Program-made: the position numbers and the translations under genes
Assembly: GCA_038087875.1 (NCBI GenBank)
Contig: CM075992.1
Coordinates: forward strand, 8,868,001 to 8,932,000
Origin: Malacoraja senta
Lineage: Eukaryota
Direction: 5' to 3'
DNA length: 64,000 nucleotides
In this document: positions 38,124-50,527 of the stretch, piece by piece
Layout: each line of letters opens with the position of its first letter
Position numbering within the stretch: the first letter of the stretch is position 1
The notes under the pieces: generated by a model
What the model saw: only the letters and a program-made list of their open reading frames with translations
Databases searched by the model: none
What the model was told of the DNA's origin: nothing

Positions 38124-38916
38124 TGCCCCTGTCCCACTTAGGAAACCTGAACGGAAACCTCTGGTGACCTTGCGCCCAACCCAAGGTTTCCATGAGTCGC
38201 CAGGGGTTTTGGTCACTCGCCTGGAAAGCCTCGTCCGAAGCGTGAGCTGCATCTACTGACCAAAGATCCTACAGGATCTTTGCTACCGACCGTACACATA
38301 CACACACACACATCGCCAAGGTGGGGGCCAGGGACAGCGGAGGAGCGCTGTCTGCGCGATGAAGAGGAAGGTAAACGGCTGCCACAGAGCACGGTAAGTC
38401 CTTTAGAGAGCGCGGGAGGGAGGGAGAGAAGGGGAAAGAAGGGGAGAGAAGGGGAGAGAAGGGGAACAGAAGGGGAAGAGAAGGGGAGAGAAGGGGAGAG
38501 AATGGGAGAGAAGGAGTGGAGACAGTTTTAAGAAGTTTAATAAAGTTAGCGGGCATTTCACCTTCCGGCGGATCTTCTAGGTCCTGAAAACCAAAGATCC
38601 TATAGGATCTTTGCGGAAAACTCCAATGAGCCAATCAAAATGGCCGGTGTGCGAAGGAGATGGCCTTCGACTGCCTGTAAGTAAATAGCGACCCCACTGC
38701 ACTGGCTTCCACCAAACGGCAACCTATTTTTAGTCTAGGCCAGTTTTGATTTTGTTGAAATAATCGCAGGAACATAGAAGAAGCCTCGACTACGCGGAAA
38801 CCACTTTCGACCATTAGGGAGAGTGACCAAAACCTCCAGGAACCTCACGGAAACCTTGGGTGGGGCGCAAGGTCACACGAGGTTTCCGTTCAGGTTTCCT
38901 CAGTGGGACAGGGGCA
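38124..38916. mobile_element. PIF/Harbinger-type MITE (793 bp)
   Basis: TIR tgcccctgtcccact.../...agtgggacaggggca extended by about 70 bp of imperfect inverted repeat. TAA TSD both sides. Internal (gggagagaag)n repeat at about 38420-38510. Confidence 0.85.
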
Positions 38917-40845
38917 TAACTCAGCAGGACAGGCCAAATATGGGCATATGGGGCTAAGCTGGATATGGGCCAAATGCGGGCATATGGGACTAGCATAGAT
39001 GGGGCAGGAGAAATGTGTCGGAAGGAACTGCAGGTGCTGCACTAAATCGAAGATAGACACAAAAAGTGTAACTCAGCGGGTCAGACAGCATCTCTGGAGA
39101 GAAGGAATAGGTGACGTTGTGGGTCGAGACCCTTCTTCAGTGTCACTCATCATTTCATAAACCCATACAAGGGTCACCCATCAGCATTCTACATTATAGT
39201 AAGAATAAACCAGCCTAACCAAACTCTCATAAGTAAAGCCCTGTATTTTCAGGCAACATCTCGGTGAATCTTATCTGCACTCTTTTGAACTTCACCACAT
39301 CCTTCTGTAGTGTCGCAAACACAATTGCACACAATACTCCAAATGCAGCCTGGCCATTTTTGGACAGCTGCAACATGACATCCCAACTCCTACACTCAAT
39401 GATAGACACAAAATGCTGGAGTAACTCAGCGGGACAAGCAGCACCTCTGGAGGGAAGGAATGGGTGACGATTTGGGTCGAGACCCTTCCTCAAACTCAAT
39501 GAATTCAATTCAGACTTTAATGAATTCCTTTCCAATTCTTGTACTCAATGCCCTGTCCTGTGAAGGCAAGCCCGCTGAGTGCCATCTTCACTGTCTACCT
39601 GCTTCTCCATTTTGAGGGAGCAAAGAATTTGCATCCCGAGGCACCTGTACAGCAACACTCCCGAGGTGTCTGTGATTAACGTTAGTATTGAACTTCCCAA
39701 AGTGTTTCACACCTCAGATATTGAAGGACAAATTCAAGAGACAGCACAACCAAAAAGATGGAGTAATATTCCTCACATAATGGAAGGGACTGAACACAGA
39801 ACAGTACAGCAAAGGAACAGGCCATTCAGCCCACAATATCTCTGCCAGACATGATGCCCAGTTAAACTAATCTTACAGGGCGGTGCAGCGGTAGAGTTGC
39901 TGCCTTTCAGCGCCAGAGACCCAGGTTTCATCCTGACCGTCTCTGCTGCCTGTATGGAGTTTGTACGTTCTCCCTGAGTCCACGTGGGTTTTTTCCGGGT
40001 GTCCTCTCACATCCCAAAGACATGCGGGTTTGTAGGTTAATAAGCCTCTCTGTAAATTGTCCCTAGTATGTAGGATAGAACTAGTACATAGGTAATGTGT
40101 AGCAAGGAACTGCAGATGCTGGTTTACATCGAAGATAGACACAAAAAGCCAAAGTAACTCGGCGGGTCAGACAGCATCTCCGGAGAAAAGGAATAGGAGA
40201 TGTTTCGGGTTCAGAGCCTTCTTCAGACCATTACGTGATCATTGTGTTTAAGAACTGCAGATGCTGGAAAAATCGAAGGTAGGCAAAAATGCTGGAGAAA
40301 CTCAGCGGGTGAGGCAGCATCTATGGAACGAAGGAATAGGTGACGTTTCGGGTCGAGTCTGAAGAAGGGTCTCAACCTGAAACGTCACCTATTCCTTCGC
40401 TCCATAGATGCTGCCTCATCCGCTGAGTTTCTCCAGCATTTTTGTCTACCTCCTATTACGTGATCATTGGTCGGCACGGACTCGTTGGGCTGAAGGGCCT
40501 ATTTCCACGCTGTAACTCCAAACTAAAATGGTAAACTAAAACTGAACTGAAATGTAAACGCGACTCATCTGGCACAAGGATATGGCACATGGTCCATATC
40601 CTTCCATAGCCATTCTCCCCCAGAATCTCTCAATTGCTCATCTCCCATTACTGCTCCATATTACAAGACATGCAGTAAATATCTTTATTCAGTCTGACAA
40701 TCAGGGTGCTTTTTTTTCTGCTGTAACCTTCTCAGTGAACACTAGTTCAGTTTTAACCATGAAGACATAATAGACATTTACCAAGGAGAGATGAGCTACC
40801 ATCAGTTGTGTGGTTAGAAGGACCACTCAGACCAGAGAGTCTTAC

Positions 40846-40987
40846 TTGGATCAAAAGCTGGCTTCATCTTGCAAACTGCCTCTGCAAATTTAGATTTCCG
40901 TCTTTTCTTGCCCATGAGCGGAACATCTTGTTTCTTTTTCTTCTTGGAGGGGACCACCGTCTGACTGGGATCATAATCTGCATCCAT
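40846..40987 (-). CDS. KRI1: KRI1 coding exon
   Basis: MDADYDPSQTVVPSKKKKKQDVPLMGKKRRKSKFAEAVCKMKPAFDP(K). Acceptor tttcacag|, donor A|GTAAG. Confidence 0.94.
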
Positions 40988-41100
40988 CTGTGAAAGGTAT
41001 AGGTTTATTATTGCGGCATGTATCGAGGTACAGTGAAAGGTTTTGTAATGCAGACTATCCAAGCAGATCAGATGCACTATACATAAATATAATTAAACTC

Positions 41101-41644
41101 AAAATGAATACTTAAATTTTGGAAACTGACAACAGTCCCTGCAGTGAAGATGTGGATCACAAACATGTCCGAGACACTACATTTGGAAAACATCAGGCTT
41201 GTCTTGGTGGAAAAACCAGATCAATTTCTTAAGACATGGACACCCTTTACCGAATTCTTACAACAATAGAATGGTGCAACACAAATTTAAATTTAAATCC
41301 GATGCTGGGTTGGGTGAGGTGGGCGGGGGGGGGGGAACGAGGGGCAAGGTGTATCTCCACCTTTCTTTTTCTTTTTTTAAATTTCTATATCTCTCTGCCA
41401 CACTTCTTTGGTAGTTTCGGGGACTTTCTTTAGTTCTTTTTCGATCTATCTTTTCACTTTCCATTTTTTTTCTTTCTTGTTTTCTTTTTCTTTTCTTTTT
41501 TCATTTTCATAGTTTAGGTCATAAGGTTAAAAATGAAGCTGTACAATAATTGTGTAATTTTAGATGCCGAATGTTTTATCTCTGTACAATTGCTTCTAAT
41601 AAAAATAAATTTTAAAAAAATAAAAAAATAAAAAAATAATTAAT
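41101..41644 (+). mobile_element. L1-clade LINE 3' end with poly(A)-like tail
   Basis: ILKFWKLTTVPAVKMWITNMSETLHLENIRLVLVEKPDQFLKTWTPFTEFLQQ-TAG, then G-rich and T-rich 3' UTR, AATAAA and A-rich tail. Imperfect TSD taaatataat(ta/cc)aactc. Confidence 0.8.
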
Positions 41645-42519
41645 TAAATATAATCCAACTCAAGTACAATAGGTAGAGCAAAAGGGAAGATACAGAGTGC
41701 AGAATATAGTTCTCAGCATTGTAGCGCATCAGTTCCACAGACAAAGTCCAATGTCCGCAATGGGGTAGAGGTGAAATAGCCAGTATCCAAGCTAATGGAA
41801 GGACTAGTCAGAAGCCTGATAACAGAGGGGAAGAAGCTTCCGAGTCTGGTAGTACGCGCTTTCAAGCTTCTGTACTTTCAGGCAGGAGGAGGGAGAAGGA
41901 AAGACCGGAGTGGGATGTCGTTAATTACGTTGACTGCTTTCCCGAAGCAGTGTGAGGTGTAGATGGAGTCCATGGTGGGAAGTCTGGTCTGTGTCATGGA
42001 CTGGGCTACATCGAGAAATTTCTGCAACTTCTTGCGGTCTTGGACACAGCTGTTCTGAAACCAAGCTTTGATGCAACCCAACCATATGCTTTATACGGTG
42101 CATCTGCAGAAGTTTGAAAGATCATTGGAGACATGCCAAATTTCCTCACTCTTCTCAGGAGGTAGAGGAGTTGGTGTGCCTTCTTAGAGATGCAGCGCTG
42201 AAACAGGCCTTTCGGCCCACCGAGTCCGCGATGTCCAGCTATCCTTGTACACTAGCACTATCCTACACACTAGGGACAATTTACAATCATTTACCGAAAC
42301 CAATTAAACTACAAAACCTGTACGTCTTTGGAATGTACGAGGGAACCAGCCACCCGGGGAAATCCCACGCGGTCATGGGGAGAACATACAAACTCCGTCC
42401 GGTCAGCACCCATAGTTTGGATCGAACCAGGGTCTCTGCCGCTGTAAGGCAGTAACTCTACCGCTACGCCACTGTGCCACCCCAGTGTTTATGCTCTGAT
42501 CACAGTGCAGAGATAATAA

Positions 42520-42873
42520 AGGGGTTGTCCCACTGTACGAGGTAATTCAAGAGCTCTCCCGAGTTTTAAAAAAAATCAAACTCGTGGTAATAATAATAAT
42601 AATAGATTTTATTTATATAGCGCTTAAGCACGTAGAATGTACGTGGCGGGTACGTCGGAGCTCAGGACGTCTCTAAGCAGCTCGTAACGCTAACGGCAGG
42701 TACTCGGGAAACGCGGTAAGCTCGTGAAGACTCGTGAAGATTTTTCAACATGTTGATAAATGTCCACGAGAGCCCCGCGTACCTACGAGCGGCTATTACC
42801 GTAATTCTCCGAGTTTGAATCAGGGGAAACTCGGGAGAACTCTTGAATTAGCTCGTACAGTGGGGCAGCCCCT
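42520..42873. mobile_element. PIF/Harbinger-type MITE (same subfamily as 23189-23507)
   Basis: aggggttgtcccactgtacgag.../...ctcgtacagtggggcagcccct, with TAA TSD. Carries a small (TAA)n-containing insertion at about 42590-42625. Confidence 0.85.
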
Positions 42874-43309
42874 TAACTCCCCACCACGTTGCACTCCCAC
42901 AACTTTCTGTCTCTCTTCTGCGATGACACCGATTCATGGTCCATGGGGAAAGGTTGCTGAGTGATGGATGATCCACGAGCTTATTCTTCAGGAGCAAACT
43001 CGATGAAAGCAGCAATGGTTCATGTTCATAGGTTCTAGAGGCAGAATTAGGCCATTTGGCCCATCAAGTCTACTGTGCCATTCAATCATGGCTGACCCAT
43101 CTTTCCCTCTCAACCCCATTTTCCTGCCTTCTCTGCATAACCCCTGACACTAATTGAGAATCTGTCATCTCCGCCTTAAAAATATCCATTGACTTGGCCT
43201 CCACATACGTCTGTGGCAATGTATTCCACAGATTCACCGCCCTCTGACTAAAAAAATTCCTCCTCATCTCCTTTCTAAAGGTACATCCTTTTATTCTGAG
43301 GCTGTGGGA

Positions 43310-43761
43310 ATGGGGAATCAGTGTGGGCAAGCTCACCGCAGAATGAACTCCATACCTTACCAGTCTGGGAGCTGCCCAGTCTGCATGCCGCCTGGGTCAA
43401 GACGAGATGGAGAGACCAGTGGAAGTCAGCAGAACCATCTAGGCTACGCCAGTACATCAATGACCCCATGGGCGTTCCTGGCCAGGACCTGCCCCGAAAG
43501 CAGTGGACAACCCTCAACCGCTTGAGGACAGGCATCGGACGCTATGGAGTAGCGATGAAGAGGTGGGGCCTCGTGGACAGCGAGTGCCTCCTGCGAGTGT
43601 GGGGACCCAACACAGACAGTGGAGCACATAGTCACCAGTTGCCCCAAACACCGGCCACCGAATGGTGAACGAGGTCTGATTGACCTGGACGATGACACGT
43701 TGGCCTGGCTCGCCTCAAAGGAGCTGCAGGTCTAAAAGACACACGACAGAAGAAGAAGAAG
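43310..43761 (+). mobile_element. 5'-truncated Vingi/Ingi-like (I-group) LINE 3' end
   Basis: ...PRKQWTTLNRLRTGIGRYGVAMKRWGLVD, then after a frameshift ASCECGDPTQTVEHIVTSCPKH (CCHC knuckle)...WLASKELQV-TAA. Very short 3' UTR and (GAA)n tail. Confidence 0.7.
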
Positions 43762-44473
43762 CAGCCACCATCACAGGAAGCTTGCACGTGCCAGCATCGG
43801 GTGAGTGGTTTTGATCCTGCTGCCATCCATGGCTGGCACTCACACATGAGCAATCTCTCATTGTACAGATGCCTCCTGATAAAGGTTCTCATTCACAGCA
43901 AAAGTAGAGAGAGGGATCATAATCTCCCTCGTACTGTTCTTTTGCCAACCGTTGTGACCAAGGGCTCTCCATGTGACACCAAGACTGCAAGACACAAGGC
44001 AGTCTGCAGGGTGGTCATGGTGGCGCAGCGGTAGAGTTGCTGCCTTTCAGCGAACGCAGCGCCGGAGACCTGGGTTCGATCTCGACTACGGGTGCTGTCT
44101 GTACGGAGTTTGTACGTTCTCCCCGTGATCTGCGTGCGTTTTCTCCCAGATCTTCGCTTTCCTCCCACACTCCAAAGATGTACAGGTTTGTAGGTTAATT
44201 GGCTTGGTATATGTAAAAATTGTCCCTAGTGGGTGTAGGATAGTGTTCGTGTGTGGGGATCACTGGTCAGCGCGGACCTGTTGGGCCGAATGATCGAATT
44301 CTGCTCCTATCGGAAAAAGGTGCACACGCTAGAATCAGTATAATACTCTGCACGAACTACACATTTGATTTCTAATGCCCAAAGTGGTAAATTTCTAAAA
44401 AAGTTTTAAAAATTCCTGGAGGTAACGCAATTTTGTGGCGATGTTAATTCATTGAACTGGGAGTTTGACTTAC

Positions 44474-44589
44474 AATGAAATCTGGATCGTCACAGTGTGG
44501 CTCACAACTCTCTTGTGGCCACTGGTCTTCTCCCCCTCTCTCTGTCCAGTCCGCTTCATTCCCCGTCCACGTGTCCCAGTTCCACTCAT
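44474..44589 (-). CDS. KRI1: KRI1 coding exon
   Basis: (D)EWNWDTWTGNEADWTERGGEDQWPQESCEPHCDDPDFI. Donor ATT|GTAAGT. Confidence 0.92.
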
Positions 44590-46911
44590 CTGGCGGAATA
44601 ATAAACAGGAATTTCAATTAGGTTAGATTTTTTTTAAAGTGCACTAATAACATATTCTTTATTTTCGTTGCTAAAGTTTCATCTTATGTATTCTTCTTTA
44701 CCAATAAGGTCAGTCGGAAATTGACTTTTTTTGCTGAGTTTGACTGTCGTTTATTGTCTCGCGTACAGTGAAAAGCTTTTGTTGTGTGCTAACCAGTCAA
44801 GCAGAAAGATAATACATGATTACAAGTGAGCCATCCACATTGTACAGATACATGAGTGATGGGTGTCGGGGGTTATGGGGTAAAGGCAGAATGGGGTTAG
44901 GAGGGAGAGATAGGTCAGCTATGATTGAATGACAGAGTAGACTTGATCGCATTGACCTAATTCTGCTCCTATCACTTATGATAGGAGCAGAATTATGATA
45001 ATGTGATCATGGCTGATCATCCCCAATCAGTACCCCGTTCCTGCCTTCTCCTCATATCCCCTGACTCCGCTATTTTTAAGAGCCCTATCTAGCTCTCTCT
45101 TGAAAGCATCCAGAGAACCTGCCTCCACCGCCCTCTGAGGCAGAGAATTCCACAGACTCACCACTCTCAGTGAGAAAAAGTGTTTCCTCGTCTCCGTTCT
45201 AAATGGTTTACCCCTTATTCTTAAACTGTGGCCCCTGGTTCTGGACTCCCCAAACATCGGGAACACGTTTCCTGCCTCTAGCGTGTCCAAGCCCTTAACA
45301 ATCTTATATGTTTCAATGAGATGCCCTCTCATCCTTCTAAACTCCAGAGTGTACAAGCCCAGCTGCTCCATTCTCTCAGCATATGACAGTCCCGCCATCC
45401 CAGGAATTAACCTTGTTGAAGTTTCTTGGATGCGGCCTTATTAGATTACAGCTAACTTAATGCAGCATTCCAACATGAAAAGGTTCCCCACCCCTGGTAT
45501 AAACCAGCATCTGCAGTTGTTCCTACTTCCAGACCAGCCTTGCAGGTGCCACCCTGTCAAAAGCCTTGATAAGTCCATGTAGACAACATCAAACAGACTG
45601 AACTTATCCATCATCTTCATCTAATTTGTGAGATGTTTTCCTACACACAAAGCCATGCTGACTATCTTTCATGAGACATTGCCTTTCCAAATACATATCC
45701 CTCAATCCCTTCCAATAACCTACCCACCACAGATGTTACACTCACCAACCTGTAGCTCTCTGCCTTGAACAAAGGCTATCGATGATACAATCATCTTTTT
45801 CACACACAGAGTGGAATTCTCTGCCTCAGAGGGCAGTGGAGGCTGGTTCTCTGGATGCTTTCAAGTGAGAGTTAGATAGAGCTCTTGAGGATAGCGGTTA
45901 AGGGATATCGAGAGAAGGCAGAAACGGGGCACTAATTGGCCACGCACTCATCTCTCTGCTACCATTGGGTAGATGGTACAGGAGCCTGAAATCTGGTACA
46001 TCCAGGTTCAGGAACAGCTTCTTCCCCACAGCCATCAGGCTATTATAGAAACATAGAAAATAGGTGTAGGAGGAGGCCATTCGGCCCTTCAAGCCAGCAC
46101 CGCCATTCATTGTGATCATGGCTGATCGTCCCAGATCAATAACCCATGCCTGCCTTCTCCCCATATCCCTTGATTCCACTAGCCCCTCGCCAACAAACAG
46201 ACTCTGAACTGTAACAGCCAATTGCACTTTATCTGTCTATTTATGTGTATATTGAACTGAACTGTTCTGTATTAATGCTTACAATATTATCTTGTGCTGC
46301 AGCAAGCAAGAATTTCATTGTCCTATCTGGGACACATGACAATAAACTCTCTTGACTTGACCCTCCGTCTGTCTGACCTCTGGTACCCTCTGCCGGTCTG
46401 ATTGTGGATGATCAGCCATGATCACATTGAATGGCGATGCTGGCTCGAAGGGCCGAATGGCCTAATCCTGCACCTATTGTCTATTAAACATCTCTGCCAA
46501 GAGTCCAGGAATTTATTCTCTAGCTTCCCACAATGTCCCAGGGTACACTTAATCAAGTGCCCGGACATTTATCTATGTTTGGCATTTTAAGATAGCACTT
46601 CAAGGCACTCGGCCCGAGACGTCACCCACTCTTTCTATCCAGGGATGCTGCCTGTCCTGCTGAGTTAATACAGCATTTTGTGTCTATCTTCCTCTTCTGT
46701 AATGTGGATGCTCCTCAACTCTATTAATTGCCCAGAGTTCCCTAACATCTATGTCGCTCTCCACAGCAAATACAGATGTGAATTGAGACTGAATGCTACT
46801 TGTCCTCACCATCATTCCATTCACAGCTTCCTCCACCAACACACAAAAGAATACAAGTGGCTGCATTTCATTTAGATCTTTCAATTAAGTTTCCAGTGGA
46901 AGATACATTAC

Positions 46912-46987
46912 CACCAAATTCCTCCTCATTCTCAAACTGTGGCTTCTGTTGATCATCGACTCCGTAATAGTCATCATTGAAGAATTG
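46912..46987 (-). CDS. KRI1: KRI1 coding exon
   Basis: Acceptor ccctgcag| and donor G|GTAATG. Reads QFFNDDYYGVDDQQKPQFENEEEFG(D). Confidence 0.92.
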
Positions 46988-47451
46988 CTGCAGGGCAGGA
47001 ATAAAATAGTTTTCCCGGTTACGAAAGCTCTATTTCTCTTTGCGATGTCGTCAAGCTGGAAAGGGTGCAGAGAAGATTTACGGGGATGTTGGCTGGACTC
47101 GAGAGCCTCTGCTGCAGGGAGAGGTTGAGTAGGCGAGGACTCTATTCCTTGGAGCACAGGAGGATGAGAGGTAATCTTACAACACCATGAGGGGAATAGA
47201 GAACAAGAGGACATAGATTTAAGGTAAGGGGGGGGGGGGGGAAAGCTTTAATAGGAACTTGAGGGGGTCACTGTTTTTTTACTCAAAGGATGGTGGGTGT
47301 ATGGAACGAGCTGCTGGAGGAGGTAGATGAGGCAACAACTATTGTTACATTTGAGAAACATTTAGACAGGTACATGGATAGGGTAGGTTTGGCGGGATAT
47401 GGGGCAAACGCAGGCTGGTGGGACTAGTGTAGATGGGGCATGTTGACCCTA

Positions 47452-47712
<261 letters not shown>

Positions 47713-48173
47713 CTAAAGGATCCATTTATCAACATTAACAGAAGACGAGGTTAGTTCTTGGAGAGCTCGCTGACTGACCGGTGCTCAAATTCTGCAGCCT
47801 GAAAACTCATGAACTTAGTTGAGAGTTGATGCCATTGAAACGAACAAAGTTGTTGCAGAACAGCTGGTAGAGCCGCTACCTCACTGTGCCAGAGAATTTG
47901 ATCCTGACCTTGGGTGCTGACTGTGTGGAGTTGCATGTTTTCCCTGTGGCCGTGTGGGTTTCCTTCGGATGCTCCGGTTCCCTCCCACATCCCAAAGACG
48001 TGCTCTCTGTAAATTGACCCTCATGTGTAAGCAGTGTACGTGAAAGTGGGATAATTTCAAACTACTGTGAATGGGTGATAGATGGTCAGCCTGCACTCAG
48101 TGGCCGAAGGGCCTATTTTCATGCTGTTCTTCTGGTTGGGCAAGGTGTGCAGAAATGAATTATAGGCTCAACA

Positions 48174-48657
48174 TGAGGTGAGACCAAGCGTAGGCTTGGC
48201 GATCATTTCGCCGAACACCTCCCTCGTTCCGCATTAATCAACCTGTCATCCCGGTGGCTCAGCACTTCAACGCCCCCTCCCATTCCAAATCCGACCTCTA
48301 TGTCCTGGGCCTCCTCCATGGCCAGAGTGAGCACCACCGGAAATTGGAGAAGCAGCACCTCATATTCCGCTTGGGGAGTCTGCATCCTAGCCGGCATAAA
48401 CATTGAATTCTCCAATTTCCGGTAGCCCTTGCTGTCTCCTCCCCTTCTCAGCTCTCCCTCAGCCCTCGGGCTCCTCCTCTTCCTTTTTCCTTTCATCCCC
48501 CTCCCTCCCCCCCACCCCTCCATCAGTCTGAAGAAGGGTTTCGGCCGAAACGTTGCCTATATCCTTTGCTCCATAGATGCTGCATGCACCCGCTGAGTTT
48601 CCCCAGCACTTTTGTCTACCTTCGATTTTCCAGCATCTGCAGTTCCTTCTTCAACAC
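48174..48657 (+). mobile_element. Second Neptune-type Penelope 3' fragment (GIY-YIG end and pseudo-LTR)
   Basis: GETKRRLGDHFAEHL...QHFN.PSHSKSD...KLEKQHLIFRLGSL. Hammerhead core ctgaagaagggtttcggccgaaacgtt at about 48528, then tail ...gttccttcttcaaca. Confidence 0.85.
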
Positions 48658-48888
48658 ATGAGGACTTGGCTGTGAGGACAGAGACCAGAATCTTTCTAAT
48701 TCTCTCCCCAAGATTAATTGTTGACCATATTAAAAATAATCAATACTTTTGTCTGTTAGAGGAAATCAAGAAACATGTAATCATTGCAAGAAAGTGATGC
48801 TGATCAAAAGTGGTGCTGATCAAAATCAGCCATGATTTCTATCCACCTATTCCTTTTCTCCAGAGACACTGCCTGACCCGCTGAGTCT

Positions 48889-49611
48889 GCTTTCCGCAGA
48901 GACCGCTCCCTCCGTAACTCCCTGGTCAATTCGTCCCTTCCCACCCGAACCACCCCCTCCCCGGGCACTTTCCCTTGCAACCGCAGGAAATGCTACACTT
49001 GTCGCTTTACCTCCCCCCTTGACTCCATTCAAGGACCCAAGCAGTCGTTCCATGTGCGGCAGAGGTTACCTGCACCTCCTCCAACCTCATCTATTGCATC
49101 CGCTGCTCTAGGTGTCAGCTGCTCTAAATCGGTGAGACCAAGCGTAGGCTTGGCGATCGCTTCGCTGAAAACCTCCGCTCGGTTCGCAATAACCAACCCT
49201 GATCTCCCGGGGCTCAGCACTTCAACTCCCCCTCCCATTCCAAATCCGACCTTTCTGTCCTGGCCTCCTCCATGGCCAGAGTGAGACCACTGTAAATTGG
49301 AGGAGCAGCACTTCATATTTCGCTTGGGCAGTTTACACCCCAGCAAACATTGACTTCTCAATTTCAGGTAGTTCCTACTTTCTCCTCCCCTTCTCAGCTC
49401 TCCCTCAGCCCACTGTCTCCACCTCTTCCTTTCTTCTCCCCCCCTCACATCAGTCTGAAGAAGGGTCTCGACCCGAACATTGCTTATTTCCTTCACTCCA
49501 TAGATGCTGCCTCACCCACTGAGTTTCTCCAGCATTTTTGTCTACCGCTGAGTTACTCCAGCACTTTGTGTTCATTCTCAGCTTAACCAGCATCTGCAGT
49601 TCCTTCCTACA
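48889..49611 (+). mobile_element. Penelope-like element (Neptune type) 3' fragment: Zn finger, GIY-YIG endonuclease, 3' UTR and pseudo-LTR with hammerhead core
   Basis: AFRRDRSLRNSLV...PGTFPCNRRKCYTC...TCTSSNLIYCIRCSRCQLL*IGETKRRLGDRF..., decayed by frameshifts and a stop. Followed by ctgaagaagggtctcgacccgaac at about 49455. Confidence 0.85.
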
Positions 49612-49763
49612 CTTGGTAAGTGAATGGTGGAATGAGCACAAAGGGCCAATGGCCTAATCCTGTCCTAAAATTCTCATGCAGTTTTTAGACTTCAGACTTT
49701 AGAGATACAGCATCGAAAAAGGCCCTTCGGCCCAACGATTCTGCACCAACCAGCAATCACCCA

Positions 49764-50144
49764 TCTTCTTATGCCTCGTTCGGTCATGGCTGACCATGGG
49801 TGTCTCCAGGGTTGGAGGACGCCTGTGCGTGACTTTGTTTACCGTGGAAGACTGGTGCACAGACAGCCACCCCACGGTCCTTGACAGATCTAGGCCAAGA
49901 TCCAATGCATGGAGTCCAAGACAGACCGGAGACCCTTTTCTGCTGCAGCCTTCATCCACCTTCCCAGCCGTTGTCAGCCATCGTCCTCCGCCTGTTCCAC
50001 CGTTGAGGTCTTGGTTGGATTGCTCTTTGTCAGAGACCTCCCCCTCGACCGTACCGCCATGGGTGGCCCTACCAGGAGCATAGCTCCAGACGGCATCGCT
50101 CTCAGGATCTCAGGACCACACAAGCTTCTCCACCACGACAAGGC
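49764..50144 (-). mobile_element. RTE-clade derived short non-autonomous element nested in a V-SINE
   Basis: Minus strand begins gccttgtcgtggtggagaagcttgtgtg...gtagggccacccatggcgg...tctgacaaa, which resembles RTE/BovB 5' UTRs from recall. Ends ...tgaccgaacgaggcataagaaga with no RT ORF. Confidence 0.6.
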
Positions 50145-50441
50145 CAATACACTTGCACTAATCCAAACACACTGAGGAACAATTTACAATTAACAGAAGC
50201 CAATTAACCTACAAGCCTGTACACCTTTAGAGTGGGAGGAACCCAGCACCTGGAGAAAAATGGTCACAGGGAGAATGTACAAACTCTGAACAGACAGCGC
50301 CCGTAGTCAGATGGGACCCGGGTCTCTGGCACTGTAGGCAGCAACTCTACCGCTGCATCACTGTGCCCGTCCGTAGTTAATCAAAACAAAAATCCCAGAC
50401 ATTGATACCACTCTGCTTCAATGATTATGTGACATACTTAC

Positions 50442-50527
50442 GCTTTTCTTCCGTTGCTTAATTTCTACCTTCTTTTGAATGTCCTTCGCTCTGACTGAGG
50501 TTGCAATGATTCTTGGGTATGATTTAT
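50442..50527 (-). CDS. KRI1: KRI1 coding exon, 86 nt, apparently frameshifted by 1 nt at its 5' end
   Basis: Acceptor tttttaaag| then AT AAA TCA TAC CCA AGA... The conserved frame KSYPRIIATSVRAKDIQKKVEIKQRKKS ends at the phase-0 donor |GTAAGT, but exon length is not a multiple of 3. Confidence 0.85.

Noticed and set aside
45482..45496. Isolated hAT-like TIR ggttccccacccctg
   Set aside because: No matching left TIR or TSD visible; at most a truncated remnant.
50030..50144. Possible HDV-like ribozyme at the 5' end of the RTE-derived element
   Set aside because: I could not assign P1, P2, P3, L3 and J4/2 consistently, unlike elements A and B.
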